Shown piece after piece: positions 1 through 11,320 of a stretch of 64,000 bases of DNA. Source of the DNA: Cetorhinus maximus (lineage: Eukaryota); contig NC_135899.1 of NCBI RefSeq assembly GCF_964194155.1, forward strand, positions 81,840,001 to 81,904,000, given 5' to 3'. The position numbers and the translations under genes are program-made. Positions within the stretch are counted from its first letter, which is position 1, and every line of letters begins with the position of its first letter. A model generated the notes under the pieces. It had not been told where the DNA came from. It saw only the letters and a list, made by a program, of their open reading frames with translations, and did no database searches.

Positions 1-760
1 CCAAGCCTTATAGGTTTCTTACAAAACTAAATTAAACCTCTATTAATAGAATAAATGATTTTAAATACATACAAAGAACTACAAACTACTACTATGATAA
101 CTTCTAAATCCCCTAGTTAATATAACTCCCAGTTACACTTTTGTTAAGGCAACAGTAAGACACATAAATTTTAAAAGACCCAGGCAAAGAAACAATCCAA
201 TTCAAAGTCAGTTTCTTTAACTTCAGTTCTTTGTAGACAGCAGATTGAGGCTTAGATGCTGAAGGCTTTTCACACTTGTTTGGATCTTAGAATGCCCGTC
301 CTTGCACACAGCCTTCTCTCCTTTATCCATATTTTCCCTTTGAATGCAAATTCCCATTGTTTCACTATGTCTTTGGACTTTACCTTTCTAATAATAAAAA
401 TCTCCCTTAGTACCAATTGCATGAGTAGTCCTTGGGAAAAATAAACAGACTGTTTCTGAACTTCACCTGGCTAGGTGACACATTTCACCCCCTCCTTTGA
501 AATCAATCTAGTCTGGTTTATTTAAAAACGCAAGTGTTCCCTTTACACCTTTGTCTACCTACCTAACATTCCAAACCTAACATATCTTCTAATACATCAG
601 AACCCTCAGACCAACTGCTTTTAATTCAATTAAGTCACTCTCACACACACACACACATACACATACACAAAGATATAGACCCATAAACACAGACCCCAAA
701 TTTACTCCACTTTACAATAAACTCCAAAAACATTATGAGAATTATTAAATCTTCCTGACA
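1..760. mobile_element. Probable LTR of an LTR retrotransposon, cut by the window start
   Basis: AT-rich repeat-like block ending sharply in ...cttcctgaCA at 760, with an internal (CA)n tract. No coding motif; the other end lies outside the window. Confidence 0.4.
641..668. repeat. (CA)n microsatellite
   Basis: cacacacacacacacatacacatacac seen directly. Confidence 0.9.
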
Positions 761-1529
761 TTAGGTAAACATCTAGGTCAGATTTGCATGGCTGACAGAA
801 GAGGGTAGAGATCTTAAAGCTCTCCCCTTAGCTGAGACAAGACAGAATCTACGCCTTATGCTTTGATTGAGAATAAGCTTAGTATGTTCTTTGTTTGAAT
901 GTCCTGCATTTATCTTTAAATGGGTGTGTATCTTTCATTTACTTCTAGGTGGGTTAGTTTAATTTGAATTTATATTTTGGATGGAATAGTTTATTTTGCT
1001 TACTTTACACTTTGTAATATTGCAACCATTACTATAATGTAATTTAAGGTTTAAGCTTATAATAAAATATTATTAAGTAACCATTATAAAAAGTTGTAGA
1101 CTCATTTTGTACACCTCGGGGTCCTAATTTCTCTTTAATTCCTCAATGAGGAATTCTATGTCCTGAGTGAGGTTAACTTAGAAGCATTGTTTCTGCTACA
1201 ATATACCTAGTAAATATATTTTATTCTGTGCTATCTCTGTTTAGTCTAACTATTACTGGGAGGGAGGACATTTTTTAAGACCAAATCTATAGCTAGTAGA
1301 GCTGACTATGCCGTTATAATGATTTCAAATCTCTCCCAGTCAAGGATTAAGACTGACAATAAGTTCGATTGAATAAATTTACCTTGTTGGAGGGTAAAGA
1401 TAGTAGGTCCTGAACAAAATTATTTGGCTCTTTGCCAGCAATGCTTGCTTTTTAGTACTAAGTTAATCTTATCACATATCCAAACCTATTCTATAATTTA
1501 AACAAACTGTGAAACAAATGCCATTATAA

Positions 1530-1625
1530 TATCACAATATCTTTACAGTGCAAAAGGAGGCCATTTGGCCCATTGAGTCTGCACTGGCTGTCTGAAAGGG
1601 CATCCCACCTAGTCCCACTCCCCTG
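1530..1625 (-). mobile_element. CR1 LINE 3' terminal fragment
   Basis: Reverse complement matches the CR1 tail at 30850-30940 (cagactcgatgggccaaatgg...cctgcactgtaaagattctgtgat). Confidence 0.75.
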
Positions 1626-3564
1626 TTGGTATTCCTCTTGCTGCCGGAGCGCAACAATTAATTATATCGGGCAAGTTGTGCATCATTCAGATGCAGACCA
1701 GATAAACAGTCGTTAATGGAAGTAGATTGAAAATTTCTACAATAACAGGGAATTAGTGTCAGTGTGGGATTATCAAAATTGCCAAGTTGTATAAGAGCGT
1801 TCAAACTGAATATCAATTACTGTCATGTGATTACAGTATTGAATTAATCCTGTAAGATTACCTCCACATGCTGTATCTAAACATCACAGAATATTGCAGT
1901 TGCTTCCAAACTGGTTTTACCGGAGTTTGCCTTCACTATGGCAAAATTCCAACTCGCAGCTGTAAATTATTCCAGTTGTACTGAGTGTTATATATTCTGT
2001 CGACGAAGCACCCTTGCCCCACTAATGGGATATTTGAATTTGGAGTGTGCAAAATGGCCTCAGCAGTTCGCTGGCAATGCGAAGCATTCAATTGTGCCTC
2101 CTCGCAGTTGACATTGGGTATGGTAGCTGTAAACCTGAAATGACAATGTTTTATGTAAGCACTGGCAATCAGAACCAGCAGCACCAGAATCAGGTATGGA
2201 TGACATGTCATTTCTATCCGGCATTTGAGTTACTTCATGCAAGTTGGCTTCATGCAAAATTTCTTCTAAAAGGAGGGACTAGCGGAACAGTCAGTCCAAT
2301 CCCACTGATGGCTGTTTGTCCATTCATTAATCATGTACAAAGGGAGTGACAGGGAGGCTGCCAGTAGTAATGAGAACACAATTAATGCCACTTTGCTTGC
2401 ACAAAAATGTTATTCCCCAGTCACTGTTTTCTTCAGGAACAGGGCCCAGTGGTCATGCCCGTGCATTGATGCGATTAGAGCCCTCAAATAAAGAGCTGGA
2501 GTCAATGTGAAGGTGCATGTAGAAAGCTTCAATTAAAATGACAGCATTGTTGCTTTAGGGTTAGGAGACTGCAAGAATCATTTACCATTGGTATTTCACT
2601 GTATGAATCCTGATGTCAAGCATGATGCGCGTCAAGCATAGAAAGTGAAATACGTATGTGTAATCTACTTAAATAGAATGGCTTATCCTCCTGGGTCTGT
2701 AGCACAATGCTGGAATTATAATATGAAAGGCTGTCAGTCTTCAAATCCTTCACATTTCTATAAACAGTCCCTAAATCTGAACGGTCTCCATTCTTCTTTG
2801 GAGCTTTGGGCCCTGCAGCCATGTCAGCTCCTTTGTTCCTGAACACCACACACCTGGAATTCAGGCAGCGCTTGGTCACGCGAGACTATCATTCGCAAGT
2901 CAAATCAGGACTGCAGTATAGCGCGGCACTGAAATTCAGATGAGCAAAGGGATTCACACCAAGCTTTCCCTGCAGTAACATTTCTTGTTTCCGTTGTGGC
3001 CAGTCAATGTGTGCTCTCCCCTCATCGCTGGGTGCTTTCTATTCCTAGCACAGTAAATGGTGCGGTGGGCTTATTAGCTCTCCCCATAAATCATAGAAAT
3101 GTCTACATTTCCTATCCAACTGCTGTGGACAAGAAAATATTCCCCGTCTCGAAACGGCCAAAAGCAGCTGCAAATTCCAAAGCAAACTGGCGGAGTTTCC
3201 TAGCATTTGAGGACGGGAGAAGGTTTTCAGCGTTAAAAATCTCATTTTGCTTCCGGTAAATACTTTGGGTGCAATAGGCTAAAAGGACATGTCTAGTGTC
3301 CACAGCTCGAGAAGCACCCAGGAGCATATTTTAAACGTACAACTGTTGTGCTTACCTTTGTCTTCAGTTGAAAAGGTGAGCAATTAGACTAGGTTAGATG
3401 ATACTGCCGTTCCTGGAAAATTTATTTGCATTTATATTATTTGGAGATAATTTTAATTACTTCAATTTTTCTTCTATTTGCTATTGATTTATGCTCATTA
3501 GCCCTATCGTAAGCAATGAAGCATATTCTCCATTTTGCCTGTATAGCATTAGCATCAAGTCAAA

Positions 3565-3690
3565 CCGACCTCTTTGTTAAGCTTTTGGTCAACTGTCCAA
3601 AAGCTCCTCATGTGGCTCAGTATCAAATTTTGTTTGCTAGCGCTCATACTTTGGGCTATTTTCTATATTAAAGGCACCCTCTAATTGCTG
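3565..3690 (+). mobile_element. Old L2 LINE 3' tail remnant
   Basis: Resembles L2 tails at 27680-27810 and 10290-10430 (agcttttggtca...tgtggctcagt...ttaaaggcac). Confidence 0.55.
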
Positions 3691-4154
3691 GTGTTGGGTG
3701 CAGGGCACAGCTTCCTCCATGCTGCTTCAAAATACTCAAATGTTTTTGAGGAAAACTATAAAGGGACGCTATGGAGAGACGGGTTCAATGCCTTCTTAAA
3801 AAAATCAGATGCCCTCATGTATGGCAAAAAAACAGCTTGTCTTTAATTCCAGAAACCTGTTAGCATCTCCTAACTCTCAAAAACTCTGGAGGTTCCTCCT
3901 TCCCCTCCAAGGACCTTCACCTGAGGAGCTGTGATACTTTCATCTTCACCAATGGTCAAGCTCCAAGCAATTCTACTCTCCGACTGTGTGTCACAGTTAC
4001 CAGTTGAATATAATATTAGTCTTTTCTTTATTGTCATTCTGCCATCAACTATACCACAGTGGGGGTTTTGAAACATCTTTAATAATCTGGACAATTTCTA
4101 CTCCTGCACCACAAGCAGCCATTCTCTGTGGGGGCACTTCTCCGGATGAATGTA

Positions 4155-4230
4155 TGGCGATGGTGTTATTGTTGCTGGACTAGTAATCCAGAGATCCAGG
4201 GTAATGTTCCGGGGACCTGGGTTCGAACCA
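4155..4230 (+). promoter_or_regulatory. tRNA-Thr(AGT)-like Pol III internal promoter (A box / B box) at the LINE 5' end
   Basis: Degenerate A box tggtgttattg; anticodon-like stem-loop ctgga-CTAGTAA-tccag; B box ggttcgaacc at 4220-4229. Confidence 0.7.
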
Positions 4231-6812
4231 GACGGCAAATAGTGGAATTTGAATTCAATAAAAATCTGGAATTAAAAGTCTAATGATGACCATTGAACCA
4301 TTGTCAATCTTATAAAAACCCACCTGGTTCACTAATGTCGTCCTTATCTGGTCTGGCCTACATGTGACTCCAGACCCACAGCAATGTGGTTGCCTCTGCA
4401 ATGGCCTAGCAAGCTACTCAGTTGTAACAAACCGCTACAAAGTCACAAAAAGAAATGAAACCGGGCGGACCACCCGGCATCGACCTAGGCACCAGAAACA
4501 ACAATGGCAAACCCAGCCCTGTAAAGTCCTCCTTACTAACATCTGGGAGCTTGTGCCAAAAGTGGGAGAGCTGCCTCACAGACTAGTGAAGCAACAGCCT
4601 GTCATAGTCATCCTCATGGAATCAAACCTTACAGATAATGTCCTAGACACCACCATCACCATCCCTGGGTATGTCCTGCCTCACCATCGTGTTGTGTGGC
4701 ACTACCACCGTGCTAAACGGGATAGATTTTGAACAGATCTAGCAACTCAAGACTGGGCAACTATGAGGCGCTGTGGGCCATCAGCAGCAGCAGAAATGTA
4801 CTCGAACATAATCTGTGTAACCTCATCGCCCGGCATATCCCCCACTCTACCATTACCATCATGCCAGGGGATCAACCCTGGTTCAATGAAGAGTGCAGGA
4901 GGACATGCCAGGAGCAGCACCAGGCATACTTAAAAATGAGGGGTCAACCTGGTGAAGCTATAAAACAGGACTACCTACATGCAAAACAGCATAAGCAGCA
5001 AATTATAGACAGAGCTAAGCGATCCCACAACCAACGGATCAGATCTAAGCTCTGCAGTCCTGCTACATCCAGTCGTGAATGGTTGTGGACAATTAAACAA
5101 CTCACTGGAGGAGGAGGCTACACAAATATCCCCACCCTCAATGATGGGGGAGCCCAGCAAGCAGTACAAAAGATAAGGCTGAAGCATTCGCAACAATTTT
5201 CAGCCAGAAGTCCTGAGTGAATGATCCATCTCAGCCTCTTCTGGTGGTCCCCAGCATCACAGATGCCAGTCTCCAGCCAATTCGATTCACTCCACGTGAT
5301 ATCAAGGCTGAAGGCACTGGATACTGCAAAGATTATGGGCCCTGACAATATTCCGGCAATAGCACTGAAGACTTGTGCTCCAGAAGTTGTCATGCCCATA
5401 TCCAAGCTGATTCTAAAATCAGGACAAATCCCACCCGGCCAGTTACCTACCACCCCATCAGTCTACTCTCGATCACCAGTAAAGTAATGGACGGAGTCAT
5501 CAACAGTGCTATCAAGTGGCACTTGCTTAGCAATAACCTGCTCACTGACGCCCAGTTTGGGTCCACCAGGGCCACTCAGCTCCTGACATCATTACAGCCT
5601 TGGTTCAAACATGGACAAAAGAGCTGAACTCCCGAGGTGAGGTGAGAGTAACTGCCCTTGACATCAAACCAGCACTTGACCAAGTGTGGCACCAAGGAGC
5701 CCTAGCAAAACTGGAGGCAATGGGAATCAGGGGGAAAGCTCTCCACTGGTTGGAGTCATACCTAGCACAAAGGAATGGCTGTGGTTGGTGGAGGTCAGTC
5801 ATCTCAGCTCCAGGACATCACTGCAGGAGATCCTCAGGGTAATGTCCTCAGCCCAACCATCTTTAGCTGCTTCATCAATGACCTTCCTTCCTTCATAAGG
5901 TCAGAAGTGGGGATGTTCGCTGATGATTGCACAATGTTCAACACCATTCGTGACTCCTCAGGTACTGAAGCAGTTCATGTATAAATGCAGCAAGACTTGG
6001 ACAATATCCAGGCTTGGGCTGACAAGTGGCAAGTAATATTCGCACCACACAAGTGTCAGTCAATGACCATCTCCAACAAGAGAGGATCCAACCATCGTCC
6101 CTTGATTCAATGACATTACCATTGCTGAATCCCCCACTATCAACATCCTTGGGATTAACATTGACCAGAAACTGAACTGGACTATCCATATGAATACTGT
6201 GGCTACAAGAGCAGGTCAGAGACTAGGAATCCTGAGACGAGTAACTCACCTCCTGACCCCCCAAATCCTGTCCACCATCTACAAGGCACAAGTCAGGAGT
6301 GTAATGGAATACTCCCCACTTGCCTGGGTGACTGCAGCTCCCACAATACTCAAGAAGCTTGACACCATCCAGGACAAAGCAGCCCGCTTGATTGGCACCA
6401 TATCCACAAACATTCACTCCCTCCACCACCGACACACAGTAGCAGCAGTATGTACTGTCTACAAGATGCATTGCAGGAATTCACCAAGGCACCTTCGACA
6501 GCACCTTCCAAACACATGACCTCTACCATCTAGAAGGACAAGGGCAGCAGGTAGGTAGGAACACCGCCACCTGGAGGTTCCCTTCCAAGTCACTCACCAC
6601 CCTGACTTGGAAATATATCGCCGTTCCTTCCCTGTCGCTGGGTCAAAATCCTGGAACTCCCTCCCTAACAGCACTGTGGGTGTACCTACGCCACATGGAC
6701 TACAGCAGTTCAAGAAGGCAGCTCACCACCACCTTCTCAAGGGCAATTAGGGATGGGCAATAAATGCTGGCCCAGCCAGCGAAGCCCACATCCCATGAAT
6801 GAACAAAATAAA
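4155..6812 (+). mobile_element. Near full-length decayed CR1-group (Crack-like) LINE with a tRNA-derived 5' head and no ORF1
   Basis: tRNA-like head at 4155-4230; APE N-terminus (KVLLTNIWELVPKVGEL...PVIVILMESNL); QPWFNEECRR linker; RT motifs GPDNIP, ALDIKPALDQVWH, PQGNVLSP, FADDC; C-terminal SLHHRHTVAA; tail ...cccacatcccatgaatgaa. Many frameshifts and two internal deletions. Confidence 0.9.
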
Positions 6813-8449
6813 ACCCCTCATTAACCAGCAGGCCCACCCGCTGGTTAAAACAGGGCTTTCTCACTCAATGTTGTCTGTTTTTCCAGACTATATTGCCAGC
6901 AGAAGCAATGCTGAACTCACTTTCAAAGATCAAGTGGACTGTTTCTGGGCTATTAACATAATTCATTAGCAGCACTGGAACTTTGGTTTGATTGCCCGGC
7001 TAAAAGTGAAACATTTCACGATACCAATTTGAGGGTAAGTGTGCGCATTTCCAGCAAAATTAATCAGCAAAAGAAGGCTACCGTCTACCAAAGGGCACAT
7101 CCAGCCTTTGACTTATTATTCAGGAAAAGAAGGACAACTATTTAGATCATTTGTTTAAGTGCACATTTAAATGTTAATGAGTGGCCTAGTAGGCTACCAT
7201 AGTGCCAATCTTTTTTTTTAATAAAGAAAATGATCAATATTAAAAGGTTTCCATTAAGCAGCAGCTCCTGGTATAAGGCATAAAGAAATAATGATATTTG
7301 TTAAGAGTATGGATCCCATTAATCACTGCCTCATTAAGTATATTGCATCTTGCAACATACTTAGAGCATGCTGCTGGATAGTTTGGATGCGATTTCTAAT
7401 TCCTACTTTGATCATTTTGTCTGTTAGAAGCAAACTATAACAAGTTATAGTTTCTCTAATGTAGGGCTACTTAAGTGTATTTTGGTCAGATCAATCACTG
7501 CTAAATGCGAAGGTGTCACTTGGTGCTTCTGCTTCAATCACACAAAAAAAAAAGATCAAACCAACCACATCAAATAATTTGCCTCTTAAAAGCAGGAAGT
7601 CACATTTGATCCATATCTCATGTTCTGTCACAAACCACATGACTTGATCAGCAGGCAATGAACGTGTTACGGGGAAACTGAAACCCATTTAATCAACAAA
7701 AAATGCATATTTCAAAATTTTGCTTCTGAGAACCCCAGTCTGATTCTATTGTGTGCAGAGATTCAGCCTGTCACACTGCACACTCCACTGCCACCAGGGA
7801 CTTTCATACCTTTGCCTTCCCGTCACGCATTCTTGGGTAGCGTATCCCTGTGGACTCCTCGCTCCTTTGTCTGTGCTACCTGTCTTTCGGCAGAGCTGTG
7901 CTTCGTAAACAGAATATATATTTATGGTGCACAATTCACAGTAAAAACAAAGTGTTGACTTTTCTGTGGTATGAATCATCTTCACAGACAGGGAAATAAT
8001 TTACTCCCATCAATTCTTTAAAAAAAAATGTCAATAGATGAAAATTTGGCTTCAGTTCCACCTAACAGTTCTGTCGTCATTGAATGTAAGACCACGGGTC
8101 AACACTAACTGTAGGCATCCATCATAAATGCTAATTGAAAGCATTGTAGAAAGAAGCGATATGTATATTTAATGCTCCAGACTTGCGGTGATGAGCAATA
8201 GGATTCAGCAACTATTTCATTAATATGTAAAGCACCTGAACATTTCTTAACTCATCTGCAAAGTGTTTGCTTCCTAGCCTTTTCCTCCTGTCAGTTTGCA
8301 TTACTTTCATATTGCTTTCAGTTCTGAATAAATCTAGTTTGTTAAAATTGTAAAACAAATCTGCTGCACATTCCCTGCATGTTCCAGCAGCACCTGGAAA
8401 AGGTTTGTTAATGTTTTCAGAATGGCATTTTCACCAAGCTGTCCCTGAT

Positions 8450-8826
8450 GGGGAGAGATGGTGGTGTAGTTGTAATGTCACTGGGCTAGTTATCCAGCAG
8501 CCCAGGCTAATCCTTCGGGGGAGGGGGCAAGGGTTCAATTCCTGCTACAGCAGCCAAAATCTGGAATTGAACACTAGTCTCAGTAATGGTGAACATGAAA
8601 CTCTCATTGATTGCTGTAAAAGCCCATCTGGTTCACTAATATCCTCCCCTTTCGGGAAGGAAAACTGCTGCCCTTACCTGGTCTGGCCTACATGTGTGGC
8701 TCTAGACCCACAGCAATGTGGTCGGCTCTGAAATAGCCTAGCAAGTGACTCAGTTTGAGGGCAATTAGTGATAGGTAACAAATGCTGGCCTTGCCAGTGA
8801 CACCCACATCCCATGAAAAAAAAAAT
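8450..8826 (+). mobile_element. tRNA-derived SINE sharing both ends with the LINE at 4155-6812
   Basis: Head tggtgtagttgt...ggttcaattcc; body matches 4230-4422; tail gggcaattag...cccacatcccatgaaaaa matches 6740-6800. Confidence 0.9.
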
Positions 8827-9640
8827 CAATAGCTCTAAATATTTCAGATTCCGATTAACCTGGCGTGTATTCCTAGCGTTTTCTGTTTTTAGTTCTAATT
8901 TCCCAGCACTAAGTTGTTCTTTTCACTCCTGGCCAAGAACTGACTGCAAATCTTGCCCATCTAATAGAACATATTTAAGTTTGCGACACGTAATGCAAAG
9001 CCTTGCCTGAGGTTCAATTCATCCTTATCTCTTAATAAGCATAAGATGCTCCTCGCTAACGAGCTGTTGCGGCCTTAAGCTCCATTTACATGAGGAAGTG
9101 CACTGATGTTTCAATCAATGCCATTAACTCACTCCATTACAGTTTCCTGCCTGTTAAAAGAGCAAGCACTTGAGAGAAGAAAACGCAGTTACTCAATTAC
9201 GGATGCATGATGCACCATATACACTTCACCTGCTTTGTAAAGAAAGGCTATTTGCACTTTTAGACACAGGCAGAGCAAAACTTTTGTTAGTCCTGTGTAA
9301 AAACTGGAGTTTATGTACTCTTGACAGTGGGGATAGAGCAAGTGTTTAATCTCACTGAATCCAGTCATCGTCACCAGCCCCTCAAAGCGAGGATGGTCCA
9401 ATATACAGGATGCACTTGATGCTCGCTTACTGTTGTATTCAAGTTGTAGAAAAATATTTTCCAGTCTACTCCAGTCTACCTCATGCCTCAGTGCCTGACT
9501 GCTATAATTTTTGTAGGTTTGGAGGCTAATTACACTGTCCATACTGGTCATGACAAGAAACTAAATGAAGCTATGACTGGAGTCATTTGGCCATTCTCAT
9601 GCTACTGTCTGTGAAGGGACAATAGAAGTCACTGCCAATA

Positions 9641-10045
9641 GGGGCAAATGGTGGTGGTAGTGGTTTAGACTCTAGCTAAATAATCCAGAAGCCCAGGCTA
9701 ATGCTCTGTGGTCAAGGGTTTAAATCCCAGGACAGCCGTTTGTGGAATTTAAATTCCATTAATAACAACTCTGGATTTGAAAGCTAGTCCCAGTGATGAT
9801 GACCGTGGAGGTATCATTGATTATTGCAAAGACTTACTTGGTTCATTAATGTCCTTTAGGGAAGGAAATCTGCCATCCTTACCTGGTGTGGCCTACATGT
9901 GACTCCAGACCCACAGCAATGTGGCTGACTCTTAACTGCCCCTCTGAAATGGCCTAGCAAGTCACTCAGCTCAGGGGAAATTAAGGATTGGCAACATAGG
10001 CTGACCTTGGCAGCGATGCCCATATCCCATGAAAGAATAAATTAA
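9641..10045 (+). mobile_element. tRNA-derived SINE, same family as 8450-8826
   Basis: Same head, body (ggttcattaatgtcctttagggaaggaaatctgcc...tggcctacatgtgactccagacccacagcaatgtgg) and tail. Confidence 0.9.
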
Positions 10046-10289
10046 AAATAAATAAATTTGACAATCTTCTATTTTATCCAGTTTTGTTGTGGGCACAGAA
10101 CTACTTGATGACCAATTGAGCTGTGGTGGCACTTTGAATTGGTTGATCGGTCTGCCAGTTTAACTCTCAATTTAAGCACCAATATGACTGACATCCATGG
10201 GTACAGCTACCAGAGAAGCATTCCCCATAGGACCAGACCCCAACACAAAGTTGTTGCTTTCAGGAGGAAAGAAGAAAAGGAAGAAGAAC

Positions 10290-10835
10290 AACAACTTGCA
10301 TTTATATAGCACCTTTAATGTAACAAAATAACTCAAGGCACTTCACAGGAGCGATATAGAGCAAAATTTGACACTGAGTTACTTAAGGTGATATCAGGAC
10401 AAATGGCAAAAAGCTTTGTCAGAGAGGTAGGTTTTATTGAGTGGCTTAAAGGTGAAAAGCGATATAGAGCAGCAGAGAGGTGTAGGAAAGGAATTCCAGA
10501 GTATGGGGTCTTGGCAGCTTAAGGTGCAGCCACCATTGATGGAGGGATTAAAATTGTGGATGCTCAAGATGCCAGAATTAGAGAGGCACTGATATCTCGA
10601 AGAGTTGTGGGGCTGGAGGAGATTACAGAGATAGGGTGGGGTGAGGTCATGGAGGGATTTGAAAAAGAGGATGAGAATGTTAAAATTGAGGTGTTCCTTG
10701 ATTGGGAGCACAGGGATGGTGGGTGAATGGGAATTAGTGCCAGTAACGACATGGGCAGCAAAGCTTTGGATGTCCTCAAGCTTACAGAATGCAGAATGTG
10801 GGAGGCTGGCAAAGAGTGCGTTGGAATAGTAAAGG
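10290..10835 (-). mobile_element. L2 LINE 3' fragment
   Basis: ORF 10394-10876 gives an L2 ORF2 C-terminus (YSNALFASLP...KLEDIQSFAA...FKSLHDLTPPYLCNLL); tail aaaggtgctatataaatgcaagttg. Confidence 0.85.
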
Positions 10836-11281
10836 AAGAATAATATAGGGAAAATTGGAGGGGGAGAAAGAACCAAAAAGCTTTGGCCTTTGAACTCAGC
10901 ATTTAACTGGTCTTAATGGATATGTGCTTTCAGAATGTATTGCCAAATGGATGCGTGCTCTGACAGTGACCAAAAGAAATCACCCACTTCTCTTTGTAAG
11001 TACAGCACTGCAAATGCATTAAGAGTACCAATGTGAACAAAGGGGTTATTTTATACAATGACTAGTAGTCAAGACAGGACTGCAAAGGGATAATCGATTT
11101 TAGACGGTACAAAGAAGCATGCTGAACTTAAGCAAAATTTGCTGATGATACAATACTTGGAGGTGGGGAGGAGGGTTATATACCACTCAACTGCAACAGG
11201 ACATAAAAGCAAAATACTGCGGATGCTGGAAATCTAGAACAAAAACTCAGCAGGTCTAACAGCATCTGCGGAGAGGGATAC

Positions 11282-11320
11282 AGTTGACGTTTCGAGTCCA
11301 TATGACCCTTCATCAGAACT
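11282..11320 (-). ncRNA. Minimal type I hammerhead ribozyme in PLE pseudo-LTR (core intact)
   Basis: Reads AGUU-CUGAUGA-A-GGGUC-auaug-GACUC-GAAA-C-GUC-AACU: stem I, conserved core, stem II, and an ACGU palindrome in place of stem III. Confidence 0.8.

Noticed and set aside
4155-4230. Functional tRNA-Thr gene (also heads at 8450, 9641, 27192)
   Set aside because: No acceptor stem, an extra insertion before the T arm, and continuous with the SINE/LINE body.
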